A stretch of 58,406 bases of DNA from a virus (Duplodnaviria; Caudoviricetes), in IMG/VR virus record IMGVR_UViG_3300044998_000622, positions 1 to 58,406 of that record. One strand, 5' to 3'. The notes beneath the pieces are model-generated. The model had not been told where the DNA came from, ran no database searches, and saw only the letters and a program-made list of their open reading frames with translations. Below, piece by piece: positions 52,450 to 58,406 of the stretch (the stretch's first letter is position 1; the number at the start of each line of letters is the position of its first letter). A program made the translations under genes and the position numbers.

Positions 52450-53031
52450 ATGCTTCTTCTCGGCTCCATCCCATCGACGTGGACACCGAACAAGCTGCCG
52501 TCGTTGTTTTTCTACGACGACAACCAGAGATCGGCTCCATGGGATTCGGGTGTCAGTTCCGAGAACTTGTCGGAACTGACGACAATGGCGTGGGTCCGAC
52601 CTGATTCGGTCACTGGGTACCGTGGAACCGTCATCGGTCGCGGTGCGTCCGGCGCAGAGCACTGGCGTTACGATCAAAACGCCACCGTCTTTCGTGGCAT
52701 CGAGAACGGTGCCAACTTCGGACAGCGCGGGACAGCCGACGCCGGCGTATGGATTCATTGCGCGTTCCGGTACTGGGGCGCGGGCACCAACAACGCGACC
52801 CGACTTCGCGTGTGGATCGACGGCGTGGAGCAGACGCCGACGTACATCGGCACGATGCCAGCATCGCTCACGTCCCGCAGCGGAAACTGGTGGGTTGGCC
52901 GGATGACGGATGGGAGCAACGCGTACCAGTTCGGCTCAAACGGCCGCATCTCGCAGGCCATCGTGTGTGGTGCAGCACTCTCGCCAGAGGACATTCAGCG
53001 GGCCTACCACTACACGAACGCGAGGAAGTGA
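52450..53031 (+). CDS. LamG / concanavalin-A-like lectin protein
   Basis: TTMAWVRP, WIHCAF, LRVWIDGV, NGRISQAIV..AALSPEDI. Confidence 0.8.
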   Translation: MLLLGSIPSTWTPNKLPSLFFYDDNQRSAPWDSGVSSENLSELTTMAWVRPDSVTGYRGTVIGRGASGAEHWRYDQNATVFRGIENGANFGQRGTADAGVWIHCAFRYWGAGTNNATRLRVWIDGVEQTPTYIGTMPASLTSRSGNWWVGRMTDGSNAYQFGSNGRISQAIVCGAALSPEDIQRAYHYTNARK

Positions 53032-53339
53032 ACGTGCTCGACAAGATCGAATCCATCATCGCGAAGCTGCCCTCCGCGCAGTCGTACGCCGTCGAAGACG
53101 ACCGCAGCGAGGGCGTGATGCTGGGCAAGCGTGTCATCGTCGCGGTCAAGACGCCGCGTGCGCTCGTTCGTGCGAGCGCGGCGGACGAGGCGGACTGGTG
53201 GTCGAGCTACGTGCGCCCGTTGCGTGATGACGTGCTCGCGCGCATGTCGGACCGCGCATCGCGGTCCGACAACGTCTTCGTGACGGTGCGCGAGGACGGC
53301 GCGATGGAGTTCTACATCACGGATGGCGTGTCCACGTGA
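53028..53339 (+). CDS. Hypothetical protein
   Basis: GAGGA RBS; GTGA coupling at both ends. Confidence 0.7.
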   Translation: MNVLDKIESIIAKLPSAQSYAVEDDRSEGVMLGKRVIVAVKTPRALVRASAADEADWWSSYVRPLRDDVLARMSDRASRSDNVFVTVREDGAMEFYITDGVST

Positions 53340-54184
53340 CCGGGGTTCTTCCATGCGGCGGAGCGTTCGGTTCGGGCGGGGTTGGGGCGTCTCCGTTTGG
53401 CTCCGGGTCCACGCTTGCGCTTGCGAGCGCCGTGCAGTCCGCCATGAACGCGATCGACGTCACCTTCACGGTGCCGGTGAGGGCTCGCGATCGCGCGGAC
53501 GTGCGCGACGCTCTCTTCATAGGCAACTGGTCGCTCGTCGCGACGGCGCCGCTCCCGATCGCCGCTCCGCTGGTGCAGTTTGTGGAGCGGATCGATGCGC
53601 TGACGGTGAGGGTCCTCTTCGACTTCGAGCTCGACCCGGGCACGACCTACCTGGTCGTCCTCGACCAACAAACGACGGACGTCTACGGGCTCCCGCTCTC
53701 CTCGTGCGCAAGCCTCTCGGTCGGCCCCGCGTTCTCTCGCTTCGCGACGGCGACTGGAGCGGCGCTCCAAGGCGCGGTCGACGTGTCGAACCCGTTCGTC
53801 TCTCAGGACTCCCCGCTCGGCAAGGAGGGACCGCTCGGGACGTACTCGGCGACGTCCACGGGCGACCTCGCGAACGAGAGCGGACGCGCTTACCTCCGCA
53901 AGCGTGTCCTGCGTCGCGCGACCTCGGTCGAGGGGTCGTTCTTTCACCTCCCCGGCTACGGCTTCGGCGTGCCTCTCAAGACCCGGACCCGAGCCGACTT
54001 CCTGCGCTCGATCCAGAGCAAAGCGCGAGCGCAGATTCTCCTGGAGCCTGACGTCGCTGAGTGCGAGGTCGTGGCATCCCTGGTCGGCGGCTCGACGTTC
54101 GCCGTACGGCTCGCGATCCGCGTGAGCGACCGCTCTGGTATCGTGACGGACCTCGAAGCCGTCGTCTCCGCCCGCGCATCGTGA
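53336..54184 (+). CDS. Ig-like domain plus gp25/gpW-like baseplate wedge protein
   Basis: GDLA..SG..YLRKRVLRR....GSFFHLPGYGFG, QILLEPDV. Confidence 0.78.
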   Translation: MTGVLPCGGAFGSGGVGASPFGSGSTLALASAVQSAMNAIDVTFTVPVRARDRADVRDALFIGNWSLVATAPLPIAAPLVQFVERIDALTVRVLFDFELDPGTTYLVVLDQQTTDVYGLPLSSCASLSVGPAFSRFATATGAALQGAVDVSNPFVSQDSPLGKEGPLGTYSATSTGDLANESGRAYLRKRVLRRATSVEGSFFHLPGYGFGVPLKTRTRADFLRSIQSKARAQILLEPDVAECEVVASLVGGSTFAVRLAIRVSDRSGIVTDLEAVVSARAS

Positions 54185-54190
54185 GGACTC

Positions 54191-55315
54191 ATGCCCGACC
54201 TGCCCACCAGAGCGACCTACTTCCAGATCGGCGAGACCGAGGTGATCACGCGCTCGGCGGGCAAGCCACCGGGTCAAGCGATGACCGTGGAGGCCGTCCG
54301 CACCGACGGCTCGGACGCGAATCTCATCATGGCGTCCGCCTCCGGCATGGCCGACGAGGTCACGAGGCAGCTGGCCCTGCGGGTCGGCGCGCTCTTCTTG
54401 GACGGAGCCAAGGGCACGGATCTCGACCGGCTCGTGGCCGATCGTTGGAGTCCTTCGATCGTCCGCAAGGAGGCGTCTCCGGCCGTGGGCGAGGTCGTGT
54501 TCTTCCGGGTCTCCGGGCCTCTCCCAGCAATCACGATTCCCGCCACGACGCGCCTCCGGACGGCCACGGGGATCGAGTTCGTGACGACGGCCACCGTGAC
54601 CTTCGCTGCGGGCGCCGTGGGCCCCGTGACGGCGCCCGTCCGCGCCCTGCTCGCGGGCCCTGCTGGCAACGTCGCTGCGGCGACGGTGAACGCGCTCGTG
54701 ACCCAAGGGATCGACCCAGGCCTGGTGGTGTCGAACCCGGAGCCGATGACCGGCGGCGACGCGCGAGAGACGGACGCCCGGCTGCGAGAGCGGGCACGCG
54801 CGTTCTGGCTTGCTGCCAGACGCGGAACGCTGTCGGCGATTGAGTTCGGTGCGCTGACGGTGGCTGGCGTGAGGCAGGCATCGGCGATCGAGCTCACGGA
54901 CGCATCGGGACTGCCTGACGGTCGGGTCCAGCTGTTCATCGCGGACGCGCTTGGTCAGGCGAACGCGGCGCTCGTCGCGGCGGTCCTCGCCGCGCTCGTC
55001 GAGTACCGGGCGGCCGGCGTCGTGGTTCAGGTCATCGGGGCGACGCCGATCTACCAGCGTGTCCGGTTTCGCCTTCGGTTTGAGGCCGGCGTCGACACAA
55101 CCCGTGCCTTCGACCTCGTGCGCGCGGCGACGATCGCGCGCGTGAACGGTCTTCGCCCTCGCGCCACGCTGCCGGTCTCGATGCTCTTCGAGGCGGCGAG
55201 ATCGGTTCCTGGCGTGATCGTCTTGGACGACGCGATCCTGGAGCCGATCGGCGACGTGGTGCCGTCTGGCAGCGAAGTAATCAGGACCAGAGCAGACCTC
55301 ATCACGGCGGAGTGA
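54191..55315 (+). CDS. Baseplate J-like protein
   Basis: AKGTDLDRL, GPAGNV, NPEPMTGGDARETDARLRER, RGTLSAIE. Confidence 0.9.
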   Translation: MPDLPTRATYFQIGETEVITRSAGKPPGQAMTVEAVRTDGSDANLIMASASGMADEVTRQLALRVGALFLDGAKGTDLDRLVADRWSPSIVRKEASPAVGEVVFFRVSGPLPAITIPATTRLRTATGIEFVTTATVTFAAGAVGPVTAPVRALLAGPAGNVAAATVNALVTQGIDPGLVVSNPEPMTGGDARETDARLRERARAFWLAARRGTLSAIEFGALTVAGVRQASAIELTDASGLPDGRVQLFIADALGQANAALVAAVLAALVEYRAAGVVVQVIGATPIYQRVRFRLRFEAGVDTTRAFDLVRAATIARVNGLRPRATLPVSMLFEAARSVPGVIVLDDAILEPIGDVVPSGSEVIRTRADLITAE

Positions 55316-55318
55316 GCC

Positions 55319-55501
55319 TTGAAGACGTACAGCGAGCTTCGAGAGGGTCTGTTGCTCTGCGCGGCGTGCGGGCACGAGTGGCGCGGCCAGTGGGCGATGG
55401 TCTGCGGCCGACCCGACGTGAAGTGCCCGCGCTGCGGGCTTCGTGAGGGCGACCCCGTCGAGTTTGCCCGCAAGGCGCCTCGCGGCACCTGGAGCTCGTG
55501 A
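55319..55501 (+). CDS. Small zinc-ribbon protein
   Basis: CAACGHEW...CPRCG; fills the gap and is GTGA-coupled to the next gene. Confidence 0.6.
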   Translation: MKTYSELREGLLLCAACGHEWRGQWAMVCGRPDVKCPRCGLREGDPVEFARKAPRGTWSS

Positions 55502-56778
55502 TGTTCGCCCCCTGGTCGAAGGATCAGTTCCTGGACCTCTGGAGGTCGTTCTTCCCGGACGGCTTCGTGGTTCCGATCGAGGAGGAGAATGGAGGCTTCG
55601 GCCTGCTCCCCTTCGCGGCGCAGGCGGCGATCTTCGCGCGCCTCAGTGAGGCGCTCAACGTGACGACGCAGGCGTACTACCTGCGCGACCATTCGAGCAA
55701 GACTGGAGACTTCGCCAGAGGCGAGGCCAGGGCGACTGGCGAGCTGGTCATTCGTCGTACGGGATACGCAGGTGGTGATGTCACTGTCACAAAGGGGACC
55801 GAGTTCGTCAGCGACGTCGTGACTTCGATTGGTGTGCTCGATGGCGAGCGGTTTCGCGCAACCAGCGATGTCACGATGACGGCCGGGTCACTTGGGCCAG
55901 TGACGGTTCCCGTCGAGGCTGTGCGTCCGGGATGGCAGGGCAATGTGCCCGCGGGGTCGATCACGCGGTTTGCGGTGCGCGGCCGCGCATCGATACCGCT
56001 CCCGTCTGTCACGAGCGCAACCGACATCGTGGACAGCGGTGTTCCCGACCGCTTCACGCTGTCGATGATTGGCCAGTACGCCAGGATCGTTGGCGGGGCA
56101 AACGGAGGCCCCGTGGCGCGTCGCATCGTTGACGTCATCCCTGGGGCTGATGTGTCGACTGCAAAATTCGATGCAGCATTCGTCTTTCCGGACTCTCCGT
56201 CGCGCATCGACGTGTTGGAGTTTGCGGATCTCGGCCTGACGGTCGATCAGCCATCGGCGATGACCGGCGGACGGCACGGGTGGCTCGATGCCATCGGTGC
56301 GGATCGAGGTGTGGGTCGTGCGCCGGGCGAGTCGGACGACGCGTACCGCCTTCGGATCGGCTCGCTCGACGACACCATCAGCCCAGCGGCCATCATGCGG
56401 ATTCTGACCCGCATACTTGACCCGCTTGGCATACCGTGGCGTCTCAAAGAGACGCGCGACCCGAGCGGACTCATCGGGACGGTCTGGGACTGGCACGCCT
56501 TCGACTACGGGACCATCTCGGATGGCGTGGTGTTCGCTCCTCCGACACGGTTTTTCGTCGTGTGCGTTGGTGCGTCCAGCTTGGGGGACTTCGGGTTCCC
56601 GTTCGACGCGCCTTTCGTTCCGCCTCCGCCAATGAGCTCGGGGAACGCATGGGACGTTGGCTTTGTGGACGGCTACCCCGTGGAGTACTATGCGGCCATC
56701 GCCGCTCTGTGGTCTGCCATTGACAGAGCCAGGGCGGCCGGTATCGGATGGTTGCTTGTGCGCGACACAAGTCTGTGA
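55498..56778 (+). CDS. Second baseplate J-like / gpI-like wedge protein
   Basis: VEAVRPGWQGNVPAGSI, LDAIGADRGVGRAPGESDDAYRLRI, RARAAGI. Confidence 0.8.
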   Translation: MMFAPWSKDQFLDLWRSFFPDGFVVPIEEENGGFGLLPFAAQAAIFARLSEALNVTTQAYYLRDHSSKTGDFARGEARATGELVIRRTGYAGGDVTVTKGTEFVSDVVTSIGVLDGERFRATSDVTMTAGSLGPVTVPVEAVRPGWQGNVPAGSITRFAVRGRASIPLPSVTSATDIVDSGVPDRFTLSMIGQYARIVGGANGGPVARRIVDVIPGADVSTAKFDAAFVFPDSPSRIDVLEFADLGLTVDQPSAMTGGRHGWLDAIGADRGVGRAPGESDDAYRLRIGSLDDTISPAAIMRILTRILDPLGIPWRLKETRDPSGLIGTVWDWHAFDYGTISDGVVFAPPTRFFVVCVGASSLGDFGFPFDAPFVPPPPMSSGNAWDVGFVDGYPVEYYAAIAALWSAIDRARAAGIGWLLVRDTSL

Positions 56779-56784
56779 GGAATC

Positions 56785-58185
56785 ATGTCTGGGATCGACA
56801 ACGAGGTGTTCAACAACCTGGAGCGCGCCGTCTCGGCCGATCTCAACGACATGCAGTCGTTGGTGGCTCGCTTCATCTCCGAGATGGCACGGTACGGGCT
56901 GGCGTCGCGGACCATCGGCTGGCCAACTTCGGAGTTCCAGGGACCGGTCGTCCTCGGCGGTCTGACCGTCATCCCGAGCGGGACCAACGTGGCCGTGGAG
57001 CCAGGCATGATGGCGCAGCTTTCCGCCACGCTCGCGCCTACGCCCGGTCCGCTCGACAGCCCGTACCGTCTCAGCCGTCTGGCGACCCCGACGGTCGTCA
57101 CGATGCCCTCGCCCGGTACGACGACGTACTACTTGATCGAGGCGCAGATGGTCGAGGTCACGACCGTCACCACGCTGCGCGATGTCTGGACGCCGCCGGC
57201 CGGTCCGTTTGCCCCCGCTTCGGTTCCGAAGCAGCGCGAGCGCCGGATCCAGTTCCAGGTGATCGCTGGCAACGCAAACGCTCCAGAGCCGAGCGGTGGC
57301 GACTGGGTGCCCATCGCCATCGTCCGCCGACCCGGCGGCGGAGGGCCTGTGCTCGCGTCGGACATCATCGACGTGAGGCCACTCGCAGGGCCGCGCTACC
57401 AACCAGTTGTCTGCGCGGAGACTTGCTTCGTGCGAACGTCGGTCGTGTTCCCTGCCATCAACACGGCAACCGTGCGGGCGTCTTTCTCTGGTCCCGTGGG
57501 ACAGATGGCATACGTGGGTCAGACCGTGGACCTGAGCGCCACGTCGGTCCGAAGCCCATCCACTACGCTTGCGGCGGATCAGCCGTACTACCTGTACCTC
57601 GCACCGTGGTCTTTGTCCCGTCTGCCTGTGCGGCAGCAAGGGTCGGTGCTCTATGAAGGCGTGCTCGTGCTCTCGCACATCCCGCCGACCAGTAGCGGCA
57701 CGAACAGCGCTGCGCTGACCCTGCCGCCACCGTTTGGTGCGACTCAAGTCTCACTTGGGAATGCGTACTACGTCGCCACGGTCATCCGCGACTCGGGCAA
57801 CACCGGGTGGGTGGGAATGGTGAAGCGAGGAAACGAAGTCGTCATCGCCGAGAGCTACTCCAGCGCTCTCGGCACTACGTTCGCCCCTCCGGTGGTCGGC
57901 GACAATCCAGTTCCTCCGGTCGCCACGTTCGTGCCGCCAACAGCGCGAACGGTGCGGATGCGGACTCGATGGATCGGAGCAGCTTCGTCTCCCACGACGG
58001 TGAACGTGCGGTATCAGGCGCCGGGGACGTCAGACGACCTCACGCTGTCCACGATGGACGACAGCATCAGGCAGACGGAAGTCGTGGACGTCCCGTACAC
58101 CGGTACCGGCGGACTCGACATGACCGTCTCGGCGGCGAACGCCGGGACGACAGCGAGCGCAAAGGTCATCGGGTGGCGCGAATGA
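56785..58185 (+). CDS. Tail fibre / baseplate-attached protein
   Basis: LERAVSADLNDMQ, VAVEPG, WVPIAIV...IIDVRP; GAGGA RBS. Confidence 0.72.
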   Translation: MSGIDNEVFNNLERAVSADLNDMQSLVARFISEMARYGLASRTIGWPTSEFQGPVVLGGLTVIPSGTNVAVEPGMMAQLSATLAPTPGPLDSPYRLSRLATPTVVTMPSPGTTTYYLIEAQMVEVTTVTTLRDVWTPPAGPFAPASVPKQRERRIQFQVIAGNANAPEPSGGDWVPIAIVRRPGGGGPVLASDIIDVRPLAGPRYQPVVCAETCFVRTSVVFPAINTATVRASFSGPVGQMAYVGQTVDLSATSVRSPSTTLAADQPYYLYLAPWSLSRLPVRQQGSVLYEGVLVLSHIPPTSSGTNSAALTLPPPFGATQVSLGNAYYVATVIRDSGNTGWVGMVKRGNEVVIAESYSSALGTTFAPPVVGDNPVPPVATFVPPTARTVRMRTRWIGAASSPTTVNVRYQAPGTSDDLTLSTMDDSIRQTEVVDVPYTGTGGLDMTVSAANAGTTASAKVIGWRE

Positions 58186-58406
58186 CCCTCCCCTGCTGCT
58201 ACGACCTGCGCCACGAACAGCCCGACCCACCGGCGCTGCCAAAGACCAAACACAAGATCGTGCGCGGCAAGGTCGCACGACGGCCGTGGACGTCCATCAC
58301 GGGCGTGACCATCCACCAGACCGCGTGCCAGTTCGGGGTCACACCAGCGCAGGTGCGCGCGGCTGGCGGCGACCGTGACCTCGCGCTCGCTCGCCGAGCG
58401 CTCGGC
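58182..58406 (+). CDS. Amidase endolysin 1, 5' part (continues at base 145)
   Basis: ATGA-coupled to the fibre gene; reads through the terminal repeat. Confidence 0.8.
   Translation, partial: MTLPCCYDLRHEQPDPPALPKTKHKIVRGKVARRPWTSITGVTIHQTACQFGVTPAQVRAAGGDRDLALARRALG
58263..58406. repeat. Terminal direct repeat, copy 2
   Basis: See 1-144. Confidence 0.97.

Noticed and set aside
58263-58406. Terminal repeat as a biological direct terminal repeat of the virion DNA
   Set aside because: It lies inside a gene and is about the size of an assembly k-mer overlap (126 exact nt after one synonymous mismatch). A circular assembly artefact with a strain SNP is more likely.
1-58406. Stop-codon reassignment
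   Set aside because: Conserved genes are full length under the standard code and end at TGA, TAG or TAA with tight coupling.

Overview
The window looks like a complete, circularly assembled genome of a very GC-rich tailed phage with a contractile tail (myovirus type). Bases 1-144 repeat at 58263-58406 with one synonymous mismatch, and an amidase gene runs across the join, giving a unit length of about 58,262 bp. Every credible gene is on the + strand. Gene order: lysis (two tandem amidases, small membrane proteins); a structured non-coding gap; an early cluster of four separately promoted genes ending in a RavA-like MoxR AAA+ ATPase and a ViaA-like vWA protein; recombination/replication (Cas4-like nuclease, Sak4-like AAA_24, SSB, initiator C-terminal domain, RusA); a methyltransferase and accessory genes; terminase; portal; a 1104-aa MuF head protein; head genes; neck with a collagen fusion; sheath; tube; an inserted ParB-methyltransferase; tail chaperone with a -1 frameshift site; tape measure; baseplate; fibres. 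I found no integrase, DNA polymerase, primase, helicase, tRNA or CRISPR array. The best candidates for new biology are: (1) the MuF protein, which has a 28-proline linker, a C-terminal ADP-ribosyltransferase-like (DarT-like) domain and a downstream candidate immunity gene; (2) the repeated promoter/RBS/N-terminal-peptide cassettes of the RavA-ViaA early cluster; (3) a recurring leaderless late-promoter motif; (4) several structured RNA leaders. All family assignments are by-eye motif recognition, not database searches. The host cannot be determined from the sequence.
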